Assembly: GCA_041659985.1 (NCBI GenBank)
Contig: JBAZXE010000002.1
Location: 4,714-68,713 of the forward strand
Reading direction: 5' to 3'
DNA: 64,000 nt
Source: Thermoplasmatota archaeon
Lineage (GTDB): Archaea; Thermoplasmatota; E2; JACPAO01; JAHFTW01
A model generated the notes under the pieces. The model did not search any database, was not told the origin of the DNA, and saw only the letters and a list, made by a program, of their open reading frames with translations. The position numbers were made by a program, and so were the translations under genes. How positions within the stretch are numbered: position 1 is the stretch's first letter; the number at the start of each line of letters is the position of its first letter. Positions 47,144-55,909 of this stretch are shown piece by piece.

Positions 47144-47210
47144 TTCGGGGCCTCGAAATCGCCGAGGAGAGAACCCTACTTGAATCTTAGGGGAGCCGAA
47201 ATCAGCATTG

Positions 47211-47307
47211 GATTCGCCGGATTGTTCCTTGATTCGCCGGAACGGTTTTCTCCCTTGGACCGAGCCCCAATTCAATCCGGCCAATCGTTTGGCAATCCGT
47301 TGAATCA
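47211..47307. repeat. four-box GATT/AATC dyad element, stop-codon anchored
   Basis: GATTCGCCGGATT 47211 and GATTCGCCGGAAC 47231, then AATCCGGCCAATC 47274 and AATCCGTTGAATC 47294, both pairs with 20-nt spacing. The coding strand of the DtxR-like gene ends CAC TGA TTCAACGGATT. Confidence 0.85.
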
Positions 47308-47760
47308 GTGGGGGTGAATCTGTTCCCTTACTTTGCGGGTGGTGTCGAACTTGTGGCCGAGGCGTTCGTTGAGGAAGCCTTCACACCACGCCTCCAGTTC
47401 CTTGGGCAGGGTGTGCTCCATGTCGCAGGCGGCCTCGTGCGCGGCCCCGTGGTCCATGCCGCAGACTTCCTGCAGGAACGCCTGCATGATGCGGTGCTTC
47501 TCCAGCGTGCGTTTTCCGACGGCGCGGCCGGAAGCCGTGAGGACCACGCCCTTGTACGGCTCGTATGTGACGTGTCCGGCCTTCTCCAGTTTCTGGATCA
47601 TGTCGGTGACGGACGGTGGCGCGACCTTCAGGTGCTTGGCGATCTCGCCGGTGCGCGCCGGTTCCCCCGCTTCCTCCAGGCGGTAGATGGTCTCCAGGTA
47701 CTCCTGCATCTGCTCGGAGACCGTGTGGTGCGACACCAAGCCCACCGAGGAGTTCGGCAT
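47305..47760 (-). CDS. DtxR/IdeR/MntR-family metal-dependent repressor
   Basis: Trimmed to ATG 47760. YLETIYRLEEAGEPARTGEIAKHLKVAPPSVTDMIQKLEKAGHV...AACDMEH. Confidence 0.9.
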   Translation of the reverse strand: MPNSSVGLVSHHTVSEQMQEYLETIYRLEEAGEPARTGEIAKHLKVAPPSVTDMIQKLEKAGHVTYEPYKGVVLTASGRAVGKRTLEKHRIMQAFLQEVCGMDHGAAHEAACDMEHTLPKELEAWCEGFLNERLGHKFDTTRKVREQIHPH

Positions 47761-47781
47761 ACCTAATCCTGACGCCCTGCG

Positions 47782-47850
47782 GATTCGCCGGAGTTCAGCG
47801 AGATTTGACGGATTCCTCAATCCGCAAATCGATTCAGAATCCGGAAATCA
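47782..47850. repeat. four-box GATT/AATC dyad element, stop-codon anchored
   Basis: GATTCGCCGGAGT 47782 and GATTTGACGGATT 47802, then AATCCGCAAATC 47819 and AATCCGGAAATC 47838. The ACAD coding strand ends CCC TGA TTTCCGGATT. Confidence 0.85.
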
Positions 47851-49005
47851 GGGTGTGGCTGGGAACGTGATGTCCGGCATGACGGCGCGCTTGATCACGT
47901 CGCGCTGCATCTGAGTCGTCTCGCCGACGAACCACAGCGCGCGCGAATCGCGGGCGAAGCGCTCCGTGCCGCCTTCGCGCATGAAGCCGGTGCCGCCCTG
48001 GATGCGGATGGCCTGCCGCGTCATGGGGACCGCCATCTCATTGGCGAACGCCTTGGCGCGGGCAGCCCACAACAGGCCGTCGTCGGCTTCAAGGTGGGCG
48101 GCCGCCGCCAGCGTGAGGGCGAGGCTGGCCTCGACGTTGACGTCGATGAGGGTGATGCCGTCGGAGACCGCCTGGTACGTCCCGATGGGCGAACCGAACT
48201 GGATGCGTGTGGCCGCGAAGGCGGCCGCGGCCGCATAGGCGCCCGCCACGCAGCCCGTGATGGCGGCCGCGGCGGCGACCTGCAACCAGGCGCGCGAGGA
48301 GCGCAGGAGGTCGAATCCTTTGCCGACCTCGCCGAGGCGGTGTGCGTCGGGCACGACGACACCCGAGAAGTAGACGGTGCGGATTCCTGCACCGCGCAAA
48401 CCCATGAGGGGTTCGTTGCGGCCGAGAGAGACACCCGTAGCGTCAGCCGGGACGTACAACAACGTGGGGCCCGATGGGTTGCCCTTGCCGGCCTGCACGT
48501 TGGCAAGGACGACGAAGTGCTTGGCATCCGAGGCGGCGATGCCCCAGACCTTCTGGCCAGTGACCTTGAACCCGACCTTGTCGGGCACGGCCATGGTGCC
48601 GATGCTTCCGGCGTCGGAGCCGTGCGCCTCCTCCGTCGCCAGGACGGCCACCAGTTCGCCTGCGGCGGCCTTGGGGGCCAGTTCGGCGGCGACCGCGGGG
48701 TTGGCGAGAAGGCAGCGCAGGCCGAGGCCGTTGTGGACGGCGAGAATGGCCGCGGTGTTCGGGCAGACCTTGGCGAGTTCGTGGACCGCTAAGGCGTAGG
48801 CCGTCGGGCCCGCGCCGGCTCCGCCAAGCTCGGTGGGGAGTGTGAGGGCGGTGAGCCCGAGACCCGCGGCGGCTTGGATGACGTCGGCGGGGAAGCGGTC
48901 ATTGCGATCGAAGTCGGAGGCCTGCTCGAGCCCGATGGTGGCCGTGGCGAACTCGCTTACGACCTTGCGGATCAACTGCTCATCGTCGGAGAGCGTGTAC
49001 GGCAT
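47848..49005 (-). CDS. acyl-CoA dehydrogenase
   Basis: Full-length ACAD pattern: ...ATEEAHGSDAGS...GQKVWGIA...IQGGTGFMRE...RDSRALWFVGETTQMQ. Confidence 0.9.
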   Translation of the reverse strand: MPYTLSDDEQLIRKVVSEFATATIGLEQASDFDRNDRFPADVIQAAAGLGLTALTLPTELGGAGAGPTAYALAVHELAKVCPNTAAILAVHNGLGLRCLLANPAVAAELAPKAAAGELVAVLATEEAHGSDAGSIGTMAVPDKVGFKVTGQKVWGIAASDAKHFVVLANVQAGKGNPSGPTLLYVPADATGVSLGRNEPLMGLRGAGIRTVYFSGVVVPDAHRLGEVGKGFDLLRSSRAWLQVAAAAAITGCVAGAYAAAAAFAATRIQFGSPIGTYQAVSDGITLIDVNVEASLALTLAAAAHLEADDGLLWAARAKAFANEMAVPMTRQAIRIQGGTGFMREGGTERFARDSRALWFVGETTQMQRDVIKRAVMPDITFPATP

Positions 49006-49161
49006 GCGTTTCGCCAGTCGCTCCTGGGCGCGTCCCAGGCCAGCGTGAACCCATCAATGCCAATCCCCTTAGCCTTTGGGGCCCAACGACCGCGTCGGGG
49101 GGGTTGGGCGGGTCGTTGCATCGACCGCTGGGGCCAAGTGTGGTGGCGTCGCTTGCCTTGC

Positions 49162-49563
49162 GTGCAGAAACCGAACGGTCCCGACGACGCGGCGCTCAAG
49201 GCCCGCCTGTCGCCAATGGAATACCAGGTCACGCAATGCTCTGCGACGGAGCGACCGTTTTCCGGAAAATACTGGGACCACAAAGGCGTCGGCATGTACA
49301 AGTGCGTCGTGTGCGGCGAGGGACTGTTCAAGTCGGACACGAAGTTTGACTCCGGGACGGGTTGGCCGAGTTTCTGGGCCGCCGTCGACCGCTCCAAGGT
49401 CAAGGAAGTGGTGGACCGCGAATACGGCATGGAACGCACGGAGGTTCGCTGCGGCAAATGCGATGCGCACCTCGGCCACCTCTTCGACGACGGCCCCAAC
49501 CCGTCGGGGGAGCGCTACTGCATCAACAGCGCCAGCCTCGACTTCGACGGGAAGGCCAAGTAG
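49162..49563 (+). CDS. msrB: peptide-methionine (R)-S-oxide reductase
   Basis: GTG 49162. GMYKCVVCGEGLFKSDTKFDSGTGWPSFW...RTEVRCGKCDAHLGHLFDDGP...RYCINS. Confidence 0.9.
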   Translation: MQKPNGPDDAALKARLSPMEYQVTQCSATERPFSGKYWDHKGVGMYKCVVCGEGLFKSDTKFDSGTGWPSFWAAVDRSKVKEVVDREYGMERTEVRCGKCDAHLGHLFDDGPNPSGERYCINSASLDFDGKAK

Positions 49564-49634
49564 TCCCGCATCGCCCGCGTCGGTTCGAAACCGTGACCGC
49601 AAAGCCCAATTGGCGCCCGGGCCCGTCCAACGAC

Positions 49635-50483
49635 ATGCGTTTGCTTGCTGCCTTGGCGACCCTCGTCCTGGTTGCGGGGTGCAGCAGCCCTGAACAGCCT
49701 GACCCGCAGATCTCCTCGTCGACCACGGGCGCTGCGACGACAACGACCACCAGTGCGACACCAGCCGCACCCGCCGTGGTAACCCCCGTACTGCCTAGCC
49801 TCGAGTTCACCAGTTGCCGCAACCAAGGCGGCGTCTTCTCCATCCCTCGCGCTGCGGCGCTCGAGGTGCTGCCCGATGGATTCGAACCGCAAGAGGCCAC
49901 GAGCGCAACGTCCCCACCGGACAGCGTCGTCCTTTACGCGATTGCGGTCCACTGCGAAGCGTCCATCGTTGACGGCGTAGCAGGGAGTGCCTTCGACTTC
50001 GCCTACGCGGAGCTGGCCGTGACGCCGTCGCAGGCCTATGCCATCGACGGAATCGACGACTGCACCGTGCCATTGGCCTTCATCGCCACGGACGCCGTCG
50101 TGGGAGCGGCCTTGGCCGACTACGGCCTCGGGGTGGCAGGAGCGGGCTCCCTGGACGAGACGGCCGCGCAGGCCGAAGGCACCGGCTCGGACCTGAAGTC
50201 TTTCAAGCTTGGTGGAGCGTCGCTGGAGTTCATCGTTGGCGAGGCGTCGGCCGACACCTTGACCGTCGGCGAAGGGGCCTTCGTCCTCTATGGCGTCCAG
50301 GATCGCCAGGTCGTCTCGCTCCTCAAGGGCACGGCTCAGGGAGGCTCGGCGCACTATGCCCCGGCCCTGTTCCAGTCCGCCGGCATCCCGGCCCTGGCGG
50401 ACGCGGCGGGCGGCGCTGTCGGGTTTGGCGCCACCGGGTTCAACCTGCGCTTCGAACCCCTGGCCTTGCCCGCCATGGTCTGA
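49635..50483 (+). CDS. lipoprotein of unknown function (paralog family member 3)
   Basis: Trimmed to MRLLAALATLVLVAGCSSPE. S/T-rich linker, then FTSCRNQGG...VLPDGFEPQEA...AIAVHCEAS. Confidence 0.7.
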   Translation: MRLLAALATLVLVAGCSSPEQPDPQISSSTTGAATTTTTSATPAAPAVVTPVLPSLEFTSCRNQGGVFSIPRAAALEVLPDGFEPQEATSATSPPDSVVLYAIAVHCEASIVDGVAGSAFDFAYAELAVTPSQAYAIDGIDDCTVPLAFIATDAVVGAALADYGLGVAGAGSLDETAAQAEGTGSDLKSFKLGGASLEFIVGEASADTLTVGEGAFVLYGVQDRQVVSLLKGTAQGGSAHYAPALFQSAGIPALADAAGGAVGFGATGFNLRFEPLALPAMV

Positions 50484-50651
50484 ACGCCAGGCGACGCGAG
50501 ACGCAACCAACAGGAGGGACGTCCACCGTTTTTTCGAAGTGGTGTGGAGATGGGCTTGGCAAAGTATAACTCACCTCGGCAATCCGTGGCCGCTTTTCCG
50601 TGGTGGTGGCTGGTCGGCCGCGCAAACGGAGGGCAAACTTCGAGTGAGACC

Positions 50652-51296
50652 ATGAACATGAACAGCAAAGCCCTGATTGCCGCGGCCGCCGTTGCCGCCC
50701 TTCTCTTGCCCATCGGAAGCGCTGGCGAAGCCAACGCCGCCAACAAGACCGCCGCCGCCGGAAGCAGCTTCGTGCACCTGGGAACAGCCGTCGCCCCGCT
50801 GCCGCCGACGACCATCCTGGACACTCTCATCAAGGCCGGCGGACCGCAGGACATCGTCATCCAGGTGGCGCTGGAGTGCTCGCTCGTCACCGACGTGTAC
50901 TCGACCACCATCGACGACCACCCCGAGGGCTACACCGCCGTCGGCCGCGCCGAGGCGCACGTCGTCGTGTGGGTTCTCCTTGACGGCTCGCCCGTGACCG
51001 TGGGCGGCGAGGACGCCGACGGCAAGGTCACGTTCTGCGACCGCGTCCACCAGCAGGAGATCCGCGACATCGACGAGGACACCGGCAATTTCACCATCCG
51101 ACAACTGCAGGAGACCATGTCGGCCAACGCCTTCAACTGGGTCGCCCTCGACCTTGGCTCGGGCATCCACACCATCCAAGTGATGGCCAGCATCGAGGCC
51201 GCCAACACGGAGGGCTCGTTCGCCCAGGGCGCCATCGAGAAGCGCACCCTGATTGTCGAGCCAGTGGACTTCGCCCACGGCGCGACCATCGTCTAG
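50652..51296 (+). CDS. secreted protein, unknown function
   Basis: Trimmed to MNMNSKALIAAAAVAALLLPIGSAGEANA (signal peptide). Confidence 0.55.
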   Translation: MNMNSKALIAAAAVAALLLPIGSAGEANAANKTAAAGSSFVHLGTAVAPLPPTTILDTLIKAGGPQDIVIQVALECSLVTDVYSTTIDDHPEGYTAVGRAEAHVVVWVLLDGSPVTVGGEDADGKVTFCDRVHQQEIRDIDEDTGNFTIRQLQETMSANAFNWVALDLGSGIHTIQVMASIEAANTEGSFAQGAIEKRTLIVEPVDFAHGATIV

Positions 51297-51401
51297 GCCG
51301 GCTGCACGTCCCCTTTTCCCCTTCCTCCCAATCCGGTCCTTGGATCCACCCATTCCTCGCGTCGCGGCATAGCGTCGGCCGTGCGCGACCACTGGCCGTA
51401 A

Positions 51402-51848
51402 ATGCCCCTGTGCGGCTCGGGTGGCATGGCGCTCCCACCGTCGGTCGAGGTCATTCAGGCAACCCTGGCCCCGGCGTTTCTGCTGTCGGGCACCAGCGTC
51501 TTCCTCAACTTCGCGCAGAACCGCCTGTTCCGCGTTATGGACCGTGCCCGGGCAAGCCTGGGCCCCGACCACTCGGAATCGTCCAGCCGGCCCCGACTCA
51601 TGCGGCGGGCCCACCTCCTGCGCAACGGCATCGCGCTCGGTGTGGCCACGGTGGGCTTGACCGTCGCCTCCGCAATCCTGGTCATGGCCAGCGAGTTGTT
51701 CAACGCCGGACACCTGGCCGAGTGGGCGCCGTACACGTTCGCCTTGGCGTTGCTGTCGCTGTTCGTGGCCCTGTTGTTCATCTTCTCCGACACCTTGGCG
51801 TCGGTGCGCCTCGTGGAGCGCGACGAGGCGGGGCAGAAGCGCCTGTAG
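51402..51848 (+). CDS. DUF2721-like membrane protein
   Basis: VIQATLAPAFLLSGTSVFLNFAQNRLFRVMDRAR, followed by two C-terminal TM helices. The start may be 51426. Confidence 0.55.
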   Translation: MPLCGSGGMALPPSVEVIQATLAPAFLLSGTSVFLNFAQNRLFRVMDRARASLGPDHSESSSRPRLMRRAHLLRNGIALGVATVGLTVASAILVMASELFNAGHLAEWAPYTFALALLSLFVALLFIFSDTLASVRLVERDEAGQKRL

Positions 51849-51863
51849 CGAGCCTGGCCGATC

Positions 51864-52325
51864 CTATTCGAGGACGGCGGTGACTTCCACTTCGAACGGC
51901 ACGTTGAGCGGCAGCTCCGCCATGCCGATGGAGGTTCGGGCGTGCTTGCCCTTGTCCCCGAAGGCCAAGACGAAGAGCTCGGAGGCTCCGTTGGCGGCGA
52001 GGTGGATGTCGGTGAACCCCGGGGCACAGTTGGCGTAGTTCTGCGTGCGCAGGAGCCGGACCTTGTCGAGTTGCCCGCCGCTGGCCTCTTTGAGGGCCGC
52101 GATGGCGTTGAGGGCGCAGAGGCGCGCCATCTCCTGCGCCTGCGCGAGGGTGAGTTCCTGGCCGCACTTGCCGGTCATCACGGGCTTGCCATCCTTCGTG
52201 GGGATCTGCCCAGCGACGAAGAGGAGGTTGCCGGCGCGCGTCCACGGGATGTAGGCTGCCGCAGGCTTCGGGGCGGAAGGCAAGGCATGGCCGGCCGCGG
52301 ACAGGCGCTTCTCGATGTCGCTCAT
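51864..52325 (-). CDS. RidA/YjgF family protein
   Basis: YIPWTRAGNLLFVAGQIP...ARTSIGMAELPLNVPFEVEV. Confidence 0.85.
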   Translation of the reverse strand: MSDIEKRLSAAGHALPSAPKPAAAYIPWTRAGNLLFVAGQIPTKDGKPVMTGKCGQELTLAQAQEMARLCALNAIAALKEASGGQLDKVRLLRTQNYANCAPGFTDIHLAANGASELFVLAFGDKGKHARTSIGMAELPLNVPFEVEVTAVLE

Positions 52326-52431
52326 GCGCGGTGGACCCGGTGCGCCCGGGATGAAGGCTTCGCCGCACGGCTATCGACCCGCGCCACGGGCCGTAATTTC
52401 AAGCCGATGCTTTGCAAGGGCCAAGCCCTGA

Positions 52432-52737
52432 CTAGGATTTGTCGCCTATGTTTCGGAAGTAGAAGACGACGACAGCGCCGGTGAGGCTGCCAAAGACGGC
52501 CCCTACCGCGTTGAGCAGCGAAACCGCATCGGTCCCGACGGTGCGTCCTTGCAGGAGGCCCCAGAGTGCCACGGCCACGGTCGCGACAATGCACAACACG
52601 AAGGCTGTAACAATCAGATACGCGAGCACAGACTGCGTGCGAGGGGACGGCCCCCGGTATTCGTTGGTGCGCTCATCGACTTCTTCCCGCCAGTCAACGG
52701 ATGCGGGTTCGGCATCAGATTTGGGTTTGGATACCAT
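52432..52737 (-). CDS. small two-TM membrane protein
   Basis: VLAYLIVTAFVLCIVATVAVALWGLL and AVGAVFGSLTGAVVVFYF. Lower-GC codons. Confidence 0.45.
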   Translation of the reverse strand: MVSKPKSDAEPASVDWREEVDERTNEYRGPSPRTQSVLAYLIVTAFVLCIVATVAVALWGLLQGRTVGTDAVSLLNAVGAVFGSLTGAVVVFYFRNIGDKS

Positions 52738-52832
52738 GCGATCACCATTGGAAGAAGGAGGAGGCGGGTTTCAGCCGAAACACCAGATGGACAGGTCAAA
52801 TCGCTGAAGACCCCGTAGGTCGTTGTCCGCTC

Positions 52833-53099
52833 CTACATGATAACGTGCAATTCTTTGCCGTCGGGCTTGTTGCCTTGAATTACAATCTCTTTTGAGCCTT
52901 TCAAGGCGCGAGCCAGTAGGAGTTCGCGTGCAATTGCACGGCGAACCGCTTCGGACGTTGTGGAGGCGCCAAGGAGGAGTCGCAATTCCTCGAGGTCCTC
53001 CACAAAGGCCTCCGATGCGGGGACTTTGATTACTGAAGTCAAAATAAACACCACAATACGAAGCGAAATCCTTGACGGCCGCCGAGCGCGATGACTCAA
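52833..53099 (-). CDS. ribbon-helix-helix (CopG/Arc-like) protein, tentative
   Basis: VIKVPASEAFVEDLEELRLLLGASTTSEAVRRAIAREL fits the strand-helix-helix pattern. The start is uncertain (a GTG/TTG inside the ORF is possible). Low-GC region. Confidence 0.45.
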   Translation of the reverse strand: MSHRARRPSRISLRIVVFILTSVIKVPASEAFVEDLEELRLLLGASTTSEAVRRAIARELLLARALKGSKEIVIQGNKPDGKELHVIM

Positions 53100-53213
53100 G
53101 GTGGGTTTGTCGGGCCGTCATGAATTTCACGTTCTAGCCGACGACTCGTAGTCGAGTTCGGTCAGGTATTGTGCGGGTGTGTCGGGTTGCCATGTGTGTC
53201 AGGTCTCCAGAAA

Positions 53214-53285
53214 GGCACATTTCTGTGCCAAATCCGTATTGTCTTCTGGCCTTATTAAGGCTATCTAATGGCCATTTATTGGCCA
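53214..53285. promoter_or_regulatory. operator-like palindrome plus A/T-rich boxes upstream of etfB
   Basis: GGCACA-TTTC-TGTGCC at 53214-53229, then GGCCTTATTAAGGC / ATGGCCATTTATTGGCC (53247-53285), 60-130 nt upstream of the etfB ATG. Confidence 0.4.
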
Positions 53286-53344
53286 AAAGCGCTGTGCAAT
53301 GGCCCTTCAGCGTTTTCAACCAAAGCCCCGTCGCAGCCACGCCC

Positions 53345-54112
53345 ATGACCAAGATTGCCGTCCTAGTCAAGATGGCTCCCGACGTGAGCCAGCTCAAGAT
53401 CGACCCGGCCACGCAGGCGCCGAAGATGGATGGTCTGCCGTGGAAGGTCTCCGACTTCGACAAGAACGCCATCGAGGCTGCAGTCAAGCTGAAGGAGAAG
53501 GGCCAGGCGACGAAGATCACGGCCTACACCTTCAATGGCGGCCCCAACGTCCTCAACCTCATCAAGGAGCCGCTGGCCATGGGCTGCGACGAAGCCGTCG
53601 TCCTGTCCGGCCCCGACACCGACGGCGCCGGCATCGCCCGGGTCCTCGCCGAAGCCATCAAGAAGAACGGTGCCGACCTCGTCTTCGCCGGCGAAGTCTC
53701 CATCGACCGCGTGGCCGGCGAAATCGGCCCCCGCGTCGCTGCCCTCCTCGGCATGCCGAGCCTGGTCAACACGCAGGAAATCCACGGCATCGAGAACGGC
53801 GCCCTCAAGGCCACCCGCGACGGCGAACCCGGCGAGACGGTTCTGGTTCCGATGCCATGCGCGGCGACGTTCAACGACGAGGCCAACCACCCGCGCCTGC
53901 CCGCCCTCATGGCCATCCTGCAAGCCGGCAAGAAGCCCATCCGCCAAGTCAAAACCGCCGACCTCGGCATCGCCGACGCCACCCTCGCCCGCCGCATGGC
54001 GATGACCGGCAACAAGGCCCCCAAGCAGGAACGCAAGGGTATCCTCTTCTCCGGCGCCGACGCCGCGGAGCAACTCGTGGCGGCGCTTCGCAAGGAGGGG
54101 GTCGCGCAATGA
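53345..54112 (+). CDS. etfB: electron transfer flavoprotein beta subunit
   Basis: Trimmed to MTKIAVLVKMAPDVSQLKID...DLVFAGEVSIDRVAGEIGPRVAALLGMP. Confidence 0.9.
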   Translation: MTKIAVLVKMAPDVSQLKIDPATQAPKMDGLPWKVSDFDKNAIEAAVKLKEKGQATKITAYTFNGGPNVLNLIKEPLAMGCDEAVVLSGPDTDGAGIARVLAEAIKKNGADLVFAGEVSIDRVAGEIGPRVAALLGMPSLVNTQEIHGIENGALKATRDGEPGETVLVPMPCAATFNDEANHPRLPALMAILQAGKKPIRQVKTADLGIADATLARRMAMTGNKAPKQERKGILFSGADAAEQLVAALRKEGVAQ

Positions 54113-54954
54113 CGACGATTCTCGTTTGGTCGGACGACGCCCGCACGCTCGGCGAGCTCACGGCCAAGGCCGCCACGTTCGGCACCGCGCAATCCTTCGA
54201 CTCCGCTGGTCTGCCCGACCAAGACTCCGCTACGTTGGCCCTCGGCCTGGCCGACGCCGCCAAACAATGCGGCGCCGCGCTGGTTCTAGTGGGCGCCACG
54301 AAGAAGGGCAAGGACGTCGGCCCACGCACCGCGGCCCACCTCGACTGGCCCTTCGCCTCGGAATGCCAGGCCATCGCTCAGTCCAACGGCTGGACCGTCG
54401 AGCGCATGGTCCTGTCGGGGAACTCGAAGGCGACCTACACGATGGGCGCCAACGCGGTCTGCACCGTCATGGGCAAGACCTTCGAAGGCTCCGCACAACC
54501 CGCCGGCAAGGTCTCCGGCTCCGCCGCAGCGAGCAAGGTCAACGTCGTCGGCAAGAAGGAAGAGAAGCACTCGGACTTCGACCTCGGCTCCGCCCTCGTC
54601 GTGGTCGGCGTCGGTCGCGGCTTCAAGCAGAAGGCCGACATCAAGCTCGCCGAGGACTTGGCCAAGGCGTTCCCCGGCGGCGCCGTCGGCTGCAGCCGCC
54701 CCGTCGCGGCGGACCTGAAGTGGCTCGGCGAAGAACACTGGATCGGCCTGTCCGGCCACGCCATCAAACCCAAGGCCTACATCGCCTGCGGCGTGTCAGG
54801 CCAAATCCAGCACATCGCCGGCATCCGCGGCTCCAAGCTCATCGTCGCCATCAACACGAACAAGGACGCCCCCATCTTCGGCGTCGCAGACTACGGCATC
54901 ATCGGCGACCTCTACCAGGTCCTGCCCAAGATGACGCAGCTGCTCAAGCCGTAG
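54109..54954 (+). CDS. etfA: electron transfer flavoprotein alpha subunit
   Basis: The ATG overlaps the etfB stop (ATGA). VVVGVGRGF...GCSRPVAADLKWLGEEHWIGLSGHAIKPKAYIACGVSGQIQHIAGI. Confidence 0.9.
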   Translation: MTTILVWSDDARTLGELTAKAATFGTAQSFDSAGLPDQDSATLALGLADAAKQCGAALVLVGATKKGKDVGPRTAAHLDWPFASECQAIAQSNGWTVERMVLSGNSKATYTMGANAVCTVMGKTFEGSAQPAGKVSGSAAASKVNVVGKKEEKHSDFDLGSALVVVGVGRGFKQKADIKLAEDLAKAFPGGAVGCSRPVAADLKWLGEEHWIGLSGHAIKPKAYIACGVSGQIQHIAGIRGSKLIVAINTNKDAPIFGVADYGIIGDLYQVLPKMTQLLKP

Positions 54955-55007
54955 CCTCACCGGTAGCACGGTTCAACGACCCGCTCACAAGCACTAAACG
55001 CCCCGGC

Positions 55008-55802
55008 GTGCAATCCTGTGCTGTGCGAGCGTGGACTGTTGCCGTGGCCGGGCTTTGTTTGGCCCTTGCGTCGAGCGGGTGTCTTGGCTCCGGCGGCGGC
55101 CTGTTCGGCGACCAGCCAGGCCCGCGTGATTTCGTCTCCAGTGCCGACTACACCAAGTGGGTCATCGAAGTGGACTTCGTCCAGGGCCAGGCCCCACCTG
55201 CAGGCGTCCTCGATTTCGTGAAGGGACGCCTGGCTGCGGTCGTCGACAAGCCGGACGGGATCGAGGTGCGCATCGACGAGACGCTCCCCACCCGCGGCGG
55301 GACATGGACGCAGAACGACCTGTTGGACCTCAGTGACGCGCACTTCCAGGCCGACACGTCGGGGAAAACGGCCGCCATCCACCTGCTGTTTGTGGACGGC
55401 TCCTACGACCAGGCCAACGTCCTGGGCGCTACCTTCAGCCGGGAGAGTGCCACCGGCCAAGTGGTCTCGACTGGCCCCATCGTCATTTTCTCGCAAGCCA
55501 TCCGCGACGGCTGCGGCCCAATCTGCCTTAGCGGCACGACGCCGGCGTTCCGCTCGGTCATCGTCCATGAATTCGGCCATGCCATCGGCCTCGTCGACAA
55601 CGGCATCGCCATGGTGCGCCCGCATGAGGCATCCACTTGCGGGAATCCGCCCCGGCCCGACGAGGGACACTCCTCGAACAGCGAATCCGTGATGAATTGC
55701 GACGTCGAGACCAGCGGCATTTTCAACCTGGCCAATGAGCCACCGACGGAGTTCGACTCCAATGACAAGGCCGACTTGTGCGCCGCCGGCGGTCGCTGCT
55801 GA
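55008..55802 (+). CDS. lipoprotein with a metzincin-type zinc site (HEFGHAIGLVD)
   Basis: GTG 55008/55023. Signal VAVAGLCLALASSGC. HEFGHAIGLVDNG = HExxHxxGxxD (snapalysin-like third ligand). Several Cys. Confidence 0.65.
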   Translation: MQSCAVRAWTVAVAGLCLALASSGCLGSGGGLFGDQPGPRDFVSSADYTKWVIEVDFVQGQAPPAGVLDFVKGRLAAVVDKPDGIEVRIDETLPTRGGTWTQNDLLDLSDAHFQADTSGKTAAIHLLFVDGSYDQANVLGATFSRESATGQVVSTGPIVIFSQAIRDGCGPICLSGTTPAFRSVIVHEFGHAIGLVDNGIAMVRPHEASTCGNPPRPDEGHSSNSESVMNCDVETSGIFNLANEPPTEFDSNDKADLCAAGGRC

Positions 55803-55897
55803 TTCGCCGGATTCGCCGAGGATTTGGCGGATAATGGAGCAGTCTTGGCCAACCGACGCAGCCGAATCCCTCGAATCGAGTTGAAATCCGGCAAATC
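55800..55897. repeat. four-box GATT/AATC dyad element, stop-codon anchored (plus-strand gene)
   Basis: TGATTCGCCGGATT, where TGA 55800-02 is the metzincin stop. Boxes at 55801 and 55821, then AATCCCTCGAATC 55865 and AATCCGGCAAATC 55885, with 20-nt spacings. It ends 12 nt before the next GTG start. Confidence 0.85.
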
Positions 55898-55909
55898 GTT
55901 CGCCGCCTT

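Noticed and set aside
47144-47304. Considered the boxes between the DtxR-like gene and FTR1 as DtxR/IdeR operators.
   Set aside because: They show no resemblance to the 19-bp TTAGGTTAGCCTAACCTAA-type palindrome. The same boxes also flank translation, redox and protease genes.
53134-53520. 128-aa minus-strand ORF overlapping the etfB start.
   Set aside because: It overlaps a confidently identified gene and the promoter region. I recognise no motifs.
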